Counted from the stretch's first letter, positions 1 to 13,940 are shown. The stretch is 64,000 bases of DNA from Octopus sinensis (GCF_006345805.1 NC_043013.1:26288001-26352000); one strand, 5' to 3'. Made by a program: numbers and translations. The notes: a model not told the origin generated them from the sequence alone.

Positions 1-1194
1 TAAGATATAACATTTGGCATCAGAAAAACCTTTCTGGTTTTCAGAAAACACAAAACTATAAAAGTTCCATAAGGTGATTTTTTTTAATGAAGACATGAGG
101 CTTAAAAGTTGTAGGTAGCTTGTAATGCAATGATTAATAGTATTAATTTTATTCTGAACTAATTTGATTTAACTCTTATTTATATAATCTGTAGTTAACC
201 TGTTTGTTAACAAAACATTTCTATATAAAGCTTTTTATATAAGCACAATATATTTAGTATATTCATTATTATCATTGAATATTAAAAATTCAATTAGAAT
301 TAGAATAATTGGCATGTAGGAATGGTAAATCATTGCAGTTATTCCAGTGAAATTTCTTACATGTTTACCTAACTTATGATTCTTTATAATTCCTATTAAC
401 AAATTAAACATGTGTAATAGGGACGAAATAATACCAATAAATTCTCCAACTTCCTCTTTTTATATAATAACTCTGCAAAAAATATTTCCAGAATCTTCAA
501 CTCTAATATGTATGTTACATCAACGCAACAATGGCAGCATCTGCATACTGAATTGTAATACTAGGATAAGCAAATGTGCTTCAAGAGAACAATTATGAAG
601 ATCATTTCTCAACACTTCATCTTACATCTTCACGGGTCAATCCCTGTGGAAGGGGTAGACCCAGGAAGACAGACAGACAGATAGATTTTCAACTGCTGGA
701 AATAGCTTTTAGATTTTTGTGAAATTGAGATGTGGAGTTGTCTCCCATACTTACCATAAAAATAATACATTAAGAATTGACTAATAAGAAGGGTTTTTTT
801 TCTTCAATGCATAATTATTTCAATTTCTGCTATCCCTGCATTAAATCTGTTACCACTAAGTTAACTATTCCCAATTTCTTTTTATATTTATAAAAAAAAA
901 ATTGGGAATTAGTCATTCAGATATACTATTCTCATGAAAAACAGTATTTAATATTTAATACCTGGAGCATCAAAGAGCTTAACACTGAATACTCATGAAG
1001 GATAGAAAAATAAATATTTGTTAGTGATTTATGTTAGCTAATAATTATTTTGGCAAGTGCATGAGACAACCTCAGTCATGTTTAAGTTTTGCTACAATCC
1101 ATCAACAAAGCACAGACTTCCGTATACATGGTACTAAGTTATTCTAGACTGGATGATGTAATTGTTTTGAAACAAATATATTAACAATACTTGC

Positions 1195-2103
1195 ATTAAA
1201 GACCCGTCGTTGCCGGGTCATAGTGCTAGTGCATGTATATATGTGTATATATATGTGTACATATTACATATACATCTATATATATATACATCTATATATA
1301 TATAAATATACATCTATATATATATATAAATATAGTTATATATTTTGAGACTGGAATTGTTAGCCCGTCTCTTGCAATTTCGATCAGTTGGGAGGGGGAA
1401 ATTTTTAATTTTTTCCGGGACGTCCTACGTCCCAGATATAAAGGTACAAATAAAATATTTCCACTTTGCAAGTTCAAGTCAAGTACTCTCTTGCACGCTC
1501 CGTTAACTCGAACCTTGCTTCTATTGTGGCAAATTTACCGCCTCTGATTAGATGTCTTTCATAGTCGCACCAAGACACTTTTCGAAGGTGCTTTCCTCCA
1601 TGTGTTCAAATCTTCTTTTTTCTTTACATTGTATACTTTATAGACAATAGTCTTTTCTTTAATTTAATTTTTTATTATCCATCTGGACTATTCCATTTCT
1701 GCTCGCTAATTTTATTTTAATTTATTCCCATTCATGTGAAACCACTTATTCAAGTTCAAGTCATTGATGCAATTTTATACCAATTGCTATTTTTACTTTT
1801 TTGTTATGTTACGATTATATTATACTTTAGTTTGATTTTAATTATTACTTACTACATATAATTCAATTGTTATTATTATTTTTATTGTTAAAGTGAAAGT
1901 ATCTGACATAAAATAGAGAAATGTTTTTGTTTCACTTTTAATACGTAATACTGAAATAGTGGAGAAGATATGATATTGCTATGGGCTCACTCTAGGCAAG
2001 AAGTTGAACTTTTTTTGCCTATGAAACTACATGGACCCTAAGTAAGGCATGTGTAAAATTTGAATGAAATTGGTTGTGTAGTTCTCAAGTTTTAGGGAAA
2101 CAC

Positions 2104-2134
<31 letters not shown>

Positions 2135-2185
2135 GGCAGGCAGACAGACAGACACACATTCTCAGTTTTATATATATAAAGATAT
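1195..2185. mobile_element. Probable Helentron/DINE-1-like non-autonomous element (degenerate)
   Basis: Ends in aaatttgaatgaaattgg...(CAGA)n...cattctcagttttatatatata, with a GC-rich acccgtcgttgccgggtcatagtgctagt end; this layout resembles DINE-1/HINE elements. A similar 3' piece lies at about 6100-6300. Confidence 0.35.
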
Positions 2186-2314
2186 TGTAATAATGTGGTT
2201 CTCTACTAAAAAGTGAGATGTAACATGATGGATGGTCAAATTTAACAAGGTGTCCTTAATATTTCATCTCTGCTCTCTATGTCAAGTTTAGATTTATCTA
2301 AAATAACACCTTAC

Positions 2315-2489
2315 CTTGGATTTTCTTTTCTTTAATAGTATTTTCTAACATTTTTCTGAACTTAATGTCTTCATTAGAAATTTCAGTTGTGCCATTATCG
2401 ACAAGGATAAAATGTGAATGGTTAGGATCCAAAGCACACATGTTTTGGTGAGGTTCCTTTCCCATGTTATATTCTGCAGGCCAAGATCC
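2315..2489 (-). CDS. TRPM: TRPM channel coding exon 6 (MHR1/2): GSWPAEYNMGKEPHQNMCALDPNHSHFILVDNGTTEISNEDIKFRKMLENTIKEKKIQ; gene continues beyond window start
   Basis: Acceptor tttctag|, donor G|gtaagg, 175 nt, phase 0 to phase 1. Contains the TRPM hallmark LDPNHSHFILVDNG. Confidence 0.93.
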
Positions 2490-3838
2490 CTAGAAACCAA
2501 TTCAATATTTTATTAGTTACACTTATTATTAGCAGCATTTTATCATCTATATAATCCTCACCATTATTGACCTCATATGAATCTTACAATAGTCATTTTC
2601 AGTAATATCTTCTGGATTCCAGTTAAAATAAAAATTCTCCACTAAATCTTAGTTTATTTTTTCCCTTATCCTATAATTATTTCTCTTTGTATGTTGGGTT
2701 CGCCAAATCCCTAAAGTGTCAGAGGAAATTCTTTGTGGTATCTGTTCTAGCTCTTGACCCTCTGAGTTTAAATACCACAGAGGTCAATGTTGCCATTCAT
2801 CTTTCTGAAGTGCATAAAATATAAAAAACAGTTAAGTTGACATTTCTTTCCCAGAAACTTCTAGCCTTATACCTATGTCAGATAATATTGAATTTATTAT
2901 CATTTTTTAAACATATTTATTTAATTAAAGGAAGAAAGACAGCACCCATGACTTTTACAGAACTTCTAAAATTATTGAAGAAAAAAGAGAAAGAAACAAT
3001 TCATGGATTGCTAATTTGATTCATGAAATGACCCAACCAGTTGTCATTGGCTATAGATAGGCCTGAGAATAAAACAGAGAAACCTCCTATGGGACCAGGA
3101 TGCTGTAGTTTGTGACAAAAGACTTCTGCTATATAACCACTCACAACACTTCTACTGGATCCTCTCAAACAAGGAATTAAGGTAACTAATAATCATTGAA
3201 TAAGCCAAGTTGATGATGTACCTATTCTTGACTATTAAGGAAACTACCAGCAGTAGATTGAACTCATATCCATGATCACATTATCCATTTAGCCAGTTTA
3301 TTTTTATAATTCAAGTAAAGTAGAAAAATGAAACACAGAAGTCAAGAACCTTAAATATATCATTTCTCTTGTCACACAATTAGCAATTGTATCTTAAATG
3401 GAAATTATATGGGTTTTTTCTGAACATCTTGAAGCAATCTAATATTTAAACTCTTTAATCTTTATACTTTAATACTGATTTCAAATTTTGTCACAAAGCT
3501 AGCAATTTCAGATGAGGTAAGTCAATTACATTGACCCCAGAGCTAAACAGGTGCTTATTTTAACAATCCCAAAAGGATGAAAGGTGAAGTCAACCTTGGC
3601 AGAATTTGAACTCAGAACGTGAAGAAATGTCAAGTGTTTCACCCAGCACGCTAACAATCCTGCTAACTTCCCACCTTTACTTTAACCCTTAATATTACAA
3701 TTTTACAAATCTATATTATAATGCTAGAAATCAATGCTCAATATTAATATATAGAGGAGTGATAAAATTATTAGTTTAGAATGAAAAGCAAAAAAAGAGA
3801 GAGAAAGAGAAAATAGCTTAAAATAAACAGAAATTCAC

Positions 3839-4002
3839 ATCCTCATTTTCTAGGGATTCCTTGTTTTGTACACAGTTCCATAATGCAATACTAATTGTCA
3901 CCACTTTATTATTGCCACTAAGTGAGCATTCATTGTCATGTATAGCTTTGCCAATATATTTCACAACACCAGCATGTAAACCTGCACTTATGACCCAGGC
4001 AC
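3839..4002 (-). CDS. TRPM: TRPM coding exon 5: (G)AWVISAGLHAGVVKYIGKAIHDNECSLSGNNKVVTISIALWNCVQNKESLENED
   Basis: Acceptor ctttacag|, donor GAT|gtgaat, 164 nt, phase 1 to 0, matching both neighbours. Homologous to the TRPM GAWIITGG...GVMKHVG...GIAPWG segment. Confidence 0.92.
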
Positions 4003-7000
4003 CTGTAAAGCAAACAATCAGTAATTATATTCAAATATTGACTTTTTTTAAGTTGTTAAAAAGAACAGAAACTGTTATTCATTATTACATTAATGAAAGA
4101 ATACCTCATTCTTTTTCCCTGGGTATTCTAGTAAAGTGTATGGTTTTGTAACAGGTTCATTAAAAAAGTAATGTATTACAGAACTTATAGTAATTAAGGA
4201 TTAAGACAATCTCTGTGAAATATAGCTTTGACCACATGAGCATACAACCTGAGTAAATATTGCCAGATAAAATTAATTATACTAGCAGAAAGACCAAACC
4301 TTCAGGCTGTTTTCTGTTAGCCATGATAATATTTTCACATTTGATTCCAATTAAATTAATAATTTTTATGTTATTTTACGTTTAATTATTTCTTTATTAT
4401 AATAGTGCTCACTTGCTTAGTAAATATTGCTTTCATGATTTTATCACAGTAATAATCTCTCTTTTTTAGACAAACATCAAGGGCATCCAATTACGAAGGG
4501 GGAAGCAGTATGTCAAGTTTTACCTTCCCCTCAAAGCAACATAGAAATTTCAACTCAGCAGCCCATTTGTAAGCTTTACAATGTGTGTGTGTGAAAGAGA
4601 GAGAGAGAGGTGGGGAGAGAGAACATTGCAAACAATGAATGAAATGAACATGAAATGAAAATATCATATACATAAAAGAGCATAATTACAGATGTATACA
4701 CCCCCCAACTTTGTTGCCTCATAATATCCAGAAAAATGAATAATTTTTAACAAAATTTTCTACAAATACTGCTTATATGTTGTGATTCAGAGTATATCAG
4801 GATTTATGGGAAAGAATTTTTCGGAGGGGTGGAGAGAGGAGTTTCGGAAAATTCACACAATCCAACTTTTTTTGCTCATAAATATATCTTCTCGGTTAAT
4901 TTTCCTTTGATGTTGCTGCACCTCCTATGCATCCATAGCTTACACTGGGTACATCTTATGGAGTTTCTACCTATACATTTTCTACGATGATGATGGTATT
5001 ACTGAACCACAAAAGAAACGTTGCACTGTAAAAGATTATTTGTTTCACACATGATATTATTGAGTTTATATGGATTTTATTACATTTCTAGATAGTTTGA
5101 TGTTACTGACCCACAACACCACAACACAAAGATTGCATGTTGGGTTCAAACTCGTTCACTTTTCATAAACATAGTAATGCTCATGAATGCATCTTTATGA
5201 AAATCATGATGCAGGGTCAAAACATTGACTCATTTGGTATAAAAAGCACCCAAATTTATCAGCCTGTCATTCATTTTCCATATGCAGCAAGCATGCCAAG
5301 ACTGACATGAAATTAGAGGGAACAAGCCATCGGATGTCCCCATGCTGGTCAACATCCATGAGTCATCGCTAATGACTTGAACTGCAATATTCAGACAATT
5401 GACATGTTCTGCTCTAAGTTAAGACTGGTGGGATAAACTTCAAAGAAGGCCAAATGATTCAGGACACGTGGCACCATGTGACATCAAACATGTTTCAGGA
5501 AATGACGTTTTATCATTAGGAAAAAACAGTTTCTTAATTAGCACTCTTCAATCAATGCTATGGCAGTCTGTTAATAAAGCAGTTTCTATTTAGTATGTGT
5601 ACGACATTTCTTTTGCAGTTCAGTATATACATATATGTGTGTGTGTGTGTGTGTGTAGCTATGTGTGTGTATATGTGTGAGTGTCTGTGTATGTGTGTGC
5701 ATGTATCTGTGTGTAAACACACACAATGCACTGTCAGTAAACTTGATGAAAAGTTGTCTGTGTATATATATATAGAGAGAGAGAGACTAGCTGACATACC
5801 TGGTAATTCCCAGGAAAGCGGGGCTTATCCCTTGGTTCCAGTCTCATAATTGTTTCGCTAATCCAGTAGCAACAATACAAGGTATGTAGCCCTTAAAATG
5901 TTTTTGTGCATTTATTGAGAATACTGAACTGTTTTACTCATGATCTTGTTTTTAGGAATTCCCAATAAGTTATGAGTACCCAAATTGTGAAGTCAGTTAT
6001 GTAATAACATGAAATTAATTACCTGACAATAAGAATTCAAATAAAATGCAGGTGCTATGTGTTATTTCCCTTAGGTGTTTAAAAAAAATTAGTTATATAA
6101 GGTAGATATAAAGATTCCTTCCAGGGACCGTTTTATCGATTTTTTTTTAATCTAAGTATTTCACGTGGTTTCCAGACATGAGTTCTACTCACATGTCAAG
6201 TTTCATCAAAATCAATAAAACAATGTAAGAGGAGTTAGCTAACAATGCCACAAACAAACACACACCGATTTTCCCCATATGTAGTATATATATATATATA
6301 CACATACTTACTTACAAGCTAAGTAAAAGGTGTACATAGGCCACTATATGTATATATAAATCCCAAAAAGTGGAATAAGAATGTGACAGACAACATTAAA
6401 AACATACGGACAGATAGATGATAGAAACATGGGGCCAGGAAAAACCAGGATGGAACACTTGTGGCTTTCTTTCATCAGTCAAGCTTCCAATCATCATTTC
6501 AGTAACGGTGATTGGAGCTTGACTGGTTTTTGCTCTCTGTCTTTGTATCGTCTATCTGTCTGTATTTTTTTTATTGTTGTCTGTTACACTCTTATTCTGT
6601 TTTTTATATATATATATATATATACAGAGAGAGAGGGGGAAGGGGAGAGGGGAGAGGGGAGAGAGGGGGGAGGGGGGAGAGGCGGGAGGGGAGAGAGATA
6701 GAGAGCCTGACAGAGAGACAAGAAGACAAACAGACTAATAAATAGAAAGTTAGACAGACAGATAAACAGAAAAATATCCAACATATGTATGTATGGATGA
6801 GTGTATATGGATGAGTGTATATGTATATACACAACATTTCATTTCAGCTCATTGTTTTCTTTATTTTCCTTGTATTCCTAATATTAAGCTATTATTTTGT
6901 GCTTTGTATTTGCCATGTCCTTCATTTGTCAACAGGGTGAAGAATATGTTGCCATCATCGTCATTGTCGTTGTCATCATCATCATCATCATTATTATTAT

Positions 7001-7025
7001 CCTAGATGAAAGTTTATATGCTTAC

Positions 7026-7206
7026 CTGTACTCCTTGCAGCTTTGACTAAACCATGCCCAAAAGCTTCTTTACGGTGTGGTTTCAACTGGAATCTCTTTC
7101 TACCTCCAGTCACAGAAATAAATAACTTAGGCAATGGTAAATTCCATTGAACTGTTATCAGATCAATAATAGTTTCCATCGGAGTTTCATAATCCACACG
7201 TACAAA
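7026..7206 (-). CDS. TRPM: TRPM coding exon 4: FVRVDYETPMETIIDLITVQWNLPLPKLFISVTGGRKRFQLKPHRKEAFGHGLVKAARST(G)
   Basis: Acceptor cacacag|, donor AG|gtaagc, 181 nt, phase 0 to 1. Classic W-x-L-x-x-P-x-L-x-ISVTGG...GLxKAA SLOG motif; overlaps ORF 6997..7197. Confidence 0.95.
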
Positions 7207-8399
7207 CTGTGTGTGAGAAATGATGATATATGATCAATATAATTAGATATATTTTCACAATTGATACAACGGAAAGGAAATTTCAGAGAGTTTCAATTTT
7301 ATCATTTATTCTTTCACTTGTTTCAATTATTAGACTATGGCCATGCTGGAGCTCTGCCTTGAAGGGTTTTAGTTGAATGAATTGACTCCAAGACTTACTT
7401 TTTTAATCTAGTACTTACTCTATTACTTTCTTTTGCTGAACCACCAAGTGTCAGGGACATAAACAAACCAAGACTTATTATCAAACGGTGGTCGAGGACA
7501 AACATAAACACAAAGATACACACAGATATATCATCACCGTCGTCATTATCATTTAAGGTCTACCGTCTATGTTGACATGGGTTGGACAGTTTGACAGGAG
7601 CCAGCAAGGTAGAGGACTACACCAGGCTTCTGTCTTCTACCTAGCAGACTCCTAACTGTCCAACCCATGCCAGCATGGAAGGTGGACACTAAATGATGAT
7701 GATGATGAATTAATAAATAGAAAACAACGATAGAAAGAACATATGATACTACATTATCAGCAGCAGCAACAGCAGTTTTGTCATTATCATCTTTTAATGT
7801 CCACTTTTCTGTTTCCATGGGTCAGACAGAATTTGCTGAGCTATATTTTCCACTGCAAGATGCTCTTTCTGTCACCAACCTTCACCTGCTTTCAAGTAAG
7901 GTGATATTTTCTCACAGCCAGACATGTTTTCATGGAAGATTGAAAACAAAGACTATTTCTGTATGACAAATTTACCAAACATTTACATGATATCTGCCTC
8001 CAGAAAAATACTCTTGTTGCCCACCATTTCTGTTTGACTAATCTCTTCACCCAATACTTCACTGTGTTAGGCCAGACCTTGCACCATGGATCCACCATGA
8101 TCAGACTTCACAAGGAGCAATGGAACATCTTATTACAAACCCATGTACCATTTGGACTTAACATGCTACTCTTTCTTGTAACAGCTTTAACTTCCAATCT
8201 CTCACACCAATCTCATTGACCTTTCTTTGGCACTTCCTCCTCCTTTTCCTTCACTTCCACACACTCACATACATAATTTACACCTACCCATCAACCCACT
8301 CACCTCCACACACATACCCATGCGTAGACATTCATACGCACCCACACATGCTCAGATGTACAACACAAACACATGCGCATGCACACACACACAGTGACA

Positions 8400-8572
8400 C
8401 ACGTTCTCTCACATATGCATGTCACCCAGCCTCTCAACCCATATCCTGCTATCGTACACTCAACTGCTAACCTGCCAGATCCACTCTCTCACACACACTC
8501 CAGTTGACACAAACACATACACATACTACCAACCCATGCAGTAGTACTCCCTGCTCCCAGCCTGCACACACA

Positions 8573-8631
<59 letters not shown>

Positions 8632-9091
8632 ACACACATACACATAAGCACACACAGATATACACATACATATATACACTCCACATACATAACTATCATA
8701 CACACACATATACATACATACACACACACACAAAAACATATATACATATATACACTCCACACACATAACTATCCCACACACACAAATACGCATACATATA
8801 CACATACACAAAAACATATATACATATACATACACTCCATGCACACACACACACACATACAAAAACATATATACATATATACACTCCACACACATAACTA
8901 TCACATACATACACACACAGACACACATACAAACACACACACAAACATATACACACAAAAACATATACATATATACATTCCACACACTCACACAAACACA
9001 CAAACAGACACACACATAAACATACACACAAAAACATATATACATATATACACTCCACTTACATAACTATCACATACACACACACACACAC
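8400..9091. repeat. Compound CA-rich micro/minisatellite
   Basis: (CA)n tracts with a recurring aaaaacatatatacatatatacactccacacacataactatc module; source of several low-complexity ORFs. Confidence 0.9.
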
Positions 9092-9821
9092 TGGCCATTT
9101 TGGCACTCTTCCACTTTCAAAAACCACATTTTCTTTCACTCTCCCTTTTCCATCAGTTATTTTTTGGCCAAGTAACAACATACATGCTTTTTTCAGACTT
9201 TCTGCTCCTTCCTCCTTTTTCTCCTCTCTGGTCATTTTTCCCTCTTTCCAACAAAGAGCCATACTCAAAATATCACTCCTACTTTTCCATCTAAAACTTT
9301 CATTGAGCCTCACTCTAATATATTCCCTGTGGACATCCAATTGACGTTTGTTGGGTTTTTTTTCCTGTTTTTTTTTGTTCTTGGAGTTGCTTATATGGGT
9401 TGTGCAGGGTGGGGGTATATACAACAAGTATCCTTCAGTTTTTGCTTACCAAATCCATTCATAAGGCTTTGGTTAACCTGGGGTTATAGAAGAAACTTTC
9501 TCAAGGTGCTCTGCAATGGAAAGCTTCATAACTATTCAGTTATGTCGATTAATATTACAATATCATGACCATATTAATAATATGATTAAGTTTTTTATAG
9601 TAAATTACTAATATGAAAAATTGTAGCTGGCTCTGTCAATATAGAAATAGTAATTAGTTCCAGCAATCTGATAGATGATAGCTAGCATTTCCAAAGCCAT
9701 TATGAAATGAATAGCAAACTACATGTAAAAAAGATAATAGTTGGCTCAACAGTACAAATAGTAGCTGCTGTTATCCAATAATAAAAATGGTATTTAAAAT
9801 TTTATTTTTATTTTTTTATTT

Positions 9822-10172
9822 GTCTCAGTCATTTGACTGCAGCCATGTCAGAGCACTGCCAAGTTATGGGGACGTAAACACACCAGCATCAGTTGGCAAG
9901 TGATGTATTGGGGGGGAAGGGGACACAGACACACAAACACACACACACGCATGCACACGCACGCACACACACACGCACGCACATGCACACACACACACAC
10001 ATATATATACACACATACATAAGACAGGCTTCTTTCAGTTTTCGTCTACCAAATTCACTCACAAGGCTTTGGTCAGCCTGAGGCTATAGTAAAAAATGCT
10101 TGCCCAAGGTGCCATACAGTGGAACTGAAACTAGAACCATGTGTTTGGTAAGCAAGCTACTTACCACACAGC
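9822..10172 (-). mobile_element. tRNA-headed SINE, family A (partial/deleted copy)
   Basis: Shares tgtgtggtaagtagcttgcttaccaa...gaccaaagccttgtgagt...gaaaactgaaagaagcc with the copies at 44401 and 47080. Confidence 0.8.
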
Positions 10173-10675
10173 TACCTGAGCAACCAATTCAAAAGAAAGG
10201 GACCACCTCTTTATCAATGAAAAATAATAGCTTACTAAACCAATAAAGAAAATAGTAACTGACTCTATCAATGTGATAAATAGCAGTTGGGTCTATTCAT
10301 TAAAAAATTTTCATTAACTCAACCTCAAATAGAATTTAGGGTAATTAGTGATATTCTGCATCTCAAAATTTGTAATACAAGTAATTCAAATTGAGAATAA
10401 GTTTTATGAAAAATAATAGCTTTTTTTCTCTTTTCAATATGAAAACTTGTATTCTGTTCTCGCATGAAATATAATAGTTGTCTCTGTATACTGTAGAAAG
10501 TACAACCCAGTTGTCCCAGTATGGAAAAAATATCTAAGCCTAAACATAAACATAATATATGTTATACAAAGTCATATATGTTATACAAAGTCACTGATGA
10601 AATTACAAACTACACATTGAAATACAATTTATGCAAACAGAAATTATCAATAAAATAAGTATCAAAAATAATTAC

Positions 10676-10760
10676 CTTTGCAATTTTCTGCCCATATCCT
10701 ACAAACTTTACATCACCAAATGCATCGGTAGAGAAAACTGATGTACTGCTCTGACAATCA
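10676..10760 (-). CDS. TRPM: TRPM coding exon 3: DCQSSTSVFSTDAFGDVKFVGYGQKIAK
   Basis: Donor AAG|gtaat; acceptor gtaaag| lies just after an in-frame TAA. 85 nt, phase 2 to 0. TDAFGD motif typical of TRPM. Confidence 0.88.
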
Positions 10761-11129
10761 CTTTACAGACAAATAGAAAGAAGGTGAATAGTTCAGGTAA
10801 TGACATGGTAGGGAAAGTGGAAAATAGTAAATAGCAGAAGCAAGGGATACAAACAACCACATCTAAAAATACAAATATTCACAAATAAAGGTACACACAA
10901 ATCCATACCTAAAAATAGACAAATAGCTTTTAATTTAGTTGAATAAAATAATGATTAATTTTAAATAAACTGAGAAAAAAAAACTAAAAAATACTTTGCC
11001 ATCAGAAGTAATTGAAGAAAATGGGGTACACCATGGAATAGTGATTAAACAACTGGGATGGTGCTTCTGTTACACATATAGATATCATAAGACTATATCC
11101 AAAAAAAAAAAAATTACTCAATTGACTGG

Positions 11130-12380
11130 CATGAAGTCACTTACCAATAGGATTCAATCTCTGACTTTGTGAAGAGTTTTAAATAAAATACTTTGGCTCA
11201 GGTTTCATGCAATTTGTCCCCATTGGGACTAGCCATCATGATAGGAATTATGAGATGTAGAATTTTTGGTTATGAATGCAGCATTAGGAGATGCAAGAAA
11301 CGGTGTATAAATAACGATGGTCAGATGACAAGAAGTGTTTTCACTCCCATAAACACTTTCATAGATGACATCATTGTCATTGTGGAAACAAGGAAAGAAG
11401 CTAAAATTCTCTGAGCCTGATTAGATGAGTTGTTTGAATGAATGCTGAAGTATAGATGAAAGCCAATGCACACGGACACTATGATCATGCTGTGAATCGG
11501 GGAGAGTGCCAGACTATGAGAGATATTTGAGCAAAGGAAACCATCTCAGATCATGCTGTGAATAGGGGAGAGTGCCAGACTATGAGAGGTATTTGAGCAA
11601 AGGAAACCATCTCAGATCGTGCTGTGAATAGGGGAGAGTGCCAGACTATGAGAGGTATTTGAGCAAAGGAAACCATCTCAGATCGTGCTGTGAATAGGGG
11701 AGAGTGCCAGACTATGAGAGGTATTTGAGCAAAGGAAACCATCTTAGATCATACTGTGAATAGGGGAGAGTGCCAGACTAAGAGAGGTATTTGAGCAAAG
11801 GAAACCATCTTAGATCATGCTGTGAATTGGGGAGAGTGCCAGACTATGAGAGATATTTGAGCAAAGGAAACCATCTCAGATCATGCTGTGAATAGGGGAG
11901 AGTGCCAGACTATGAGAGGTATTTGAGCAAAGGAAACCATCTCAGATCGTGCTGTGAATAGGGGAGAGTGCCAGACTATGAGAGGTATTTGAGCAAAGGA
12001 AACCATCTTAGGTCACGCTGTGAATAGGGGAGAGTGCCAGACTATGAGGTATTTGAGCAAAGGAAACCATCTTAGATCATGCTGTGAATTGGGGAGAGTG
12101 CCTGACTATGAGAGGTATTTGAGTAAAGGAAACCATCTCAGATCATGCTGTGAATAGGGAAGAGTGCCAGACTACAATTTCTCCAGAGAATGGGGTATGC
12201 TATGCTTCTATCCTTGACAATATTCGATAGTGGAGTTGAGTGATTGTAGTAATTGTTTTCAGTGTGAAGTCTACACATAATTGATGTGTATTCTGGAACC
12301 ATGCAAATCATACTTTGCAAAGCATGCTTGATGGTAGAATCAATGTTTGAATACTGTTACTGATGCACTTAGTGTGTGAA
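11130..12380 (+). pseudogene. Decayed RLE-clade (HERO-like) non-LTR retrotransposon: RT motif and zinc-knuckle remnants
   Basis: INTFIDDIIVIVETRKEAKIL*A*LDELFE at about 11350-11440 resembles HERO AFMDDLT...LERL. DCSNC...LMCILEPCKS after 12240 resembles the CCHC knuckle. Many stops. Confidence 0.5.
11484..12175. repeat. 66-bp minisatellite, about 10.5 copies
   Basis: Unit atcatgctgtgaataggggagagtgccagactatgagaggtatttgagcaaaggaaaccatctcag; few substitutions; copy 9 has a 2-nt deletion. Confidence 0.97.
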
Positions 12381-13940
12381 TATGAGTGACAGAAAAAAAA
12401 GGAAACGAGGGGATAAAAAGAAAGTATAATATATTTATTAAATGGTTTTATTATGAAAGTAGTATATGAAGAGAAGAATAGTAACAGATACATGCACAAA
12501 AGTAGTTATATTCTATTTACTAATTCAATTTAAATATTGGTTTCTACATAAAATGTCATGCTTAAATGGCAGTATATGTTATTTACAAATAATATAGATT
12601 GAAATAAAGTACAAATATATTAGTTTGAATCTAATCCCAAATTTCTGGTTACAATTTTATTGAATTGAAGAGATAAAAGATAATGTTAATTTCAAGAAAG
12701 TTGAACCAAGATGTGAAGGAAGAGTAATAAATGCTACAAGTTAATCCAGCACCCCCCTCCTATCTCTTCTGAAATTCAATAAACTTTATACAAATTGCTT
12801 GCGGCAAATAATTTAATTTTCTTTGTTAAGTGTTATTGAAACTGGCTTTATATGGGAGAGATTGCTAAAGTAGTGAGTTAAACTTACATCAATGTTTATC
12901 ATTATTTTTGGTCGGTATTTAATCTACAAATCATTTTCATTTAATGGTTTGTAGATTAAACACTGATTAAACTCTAATTTAATTCCAATGTACTTATCTT
13001 AATATATAAGATAGTTATGGATGTCACAAAGTCTAAATTAGTTCACCGATACAATTTTATATGTTTAAGCTATTAATGTTATATTAGTCTTGATCAGCTT
13101 GTCCAAATTATAGACTGCCAGCCAGATTTTGCTTCTTAACTCTCTTCTGATTTTCATTATTCTGTCATTGAATCAATATTACTAGATAACTTGCATTAAA
13201 TTGTCCAAATACTGAAGCAAGAAATGAATGTTTCAGTTCCTTTAAAGAACAGAGAATATAAGAAATTTAGTTTAATGCAAAAAGTATCATTTGAAATGAC
13301 AATATACTTACGCATTATCAGGTATAGGAGGAAGATTAGAATTTGTTTCTCCTATCTGGAAAATAAATGATGAAATAATATTGGATGTTACAAGGAATAA
13401 GGAATTTAGAAATGTGTAACTCAAATCAGAGAAAGAAAGTCTGTGATTTTTGTAGTGCAATTATTCAGTGATAAAGACATATTTGGGTGTACAAAATTGG
13501 AATATAGCTGCAATTGTTTAGTGGAAATAATCCAAGCCACATTAAGAATGAAATGCATTTTTTTATGTGCTAACTTGTGCATGTGATGTTAATGCATGAC
13601 ATATGGTAACACATGAGAAATGATGGTATCAAGAGCAGAGTAAGGCCAAATTAGAGACATGAGAAAAAGTGGTGAATTCAGATTAGAGATACTAGATTTA
13701 ATGGTGCATGATCAAGATAAATGGTGATTAGAAATACAACAAACCTACTCAACATTTTTTAGTGTATAAAAACAGGTGTTTAAGCAGCAGTGGAGATTAT
13801 GCTTAATACTATCTGGTGTTTTTGAACTTGACATAATATTATAATTTTGAGGAAATAGAAATAAGAACTTCTGCAAACAGACGTTGAATCCAGGAATTGA
13901 AACTGAGAATTAAAACCAGGTCAATGTCTCAGTTCTTTAA

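Noticed and set aside
360-472. Acceptor ttttttgcag| as a possible seventh TRPM exon
   Set aside because: All frames hit stops and none resembles the expected PVVxxxxEGG segment.
8467-9066. Long ORFs rich in C/V/Y/M or H/T/I (also about 29750, 35169, 42497, 45557, 58665 and others)
   Set aside because: Translations of CA, TA and CATA microsatellites; no coding signal.
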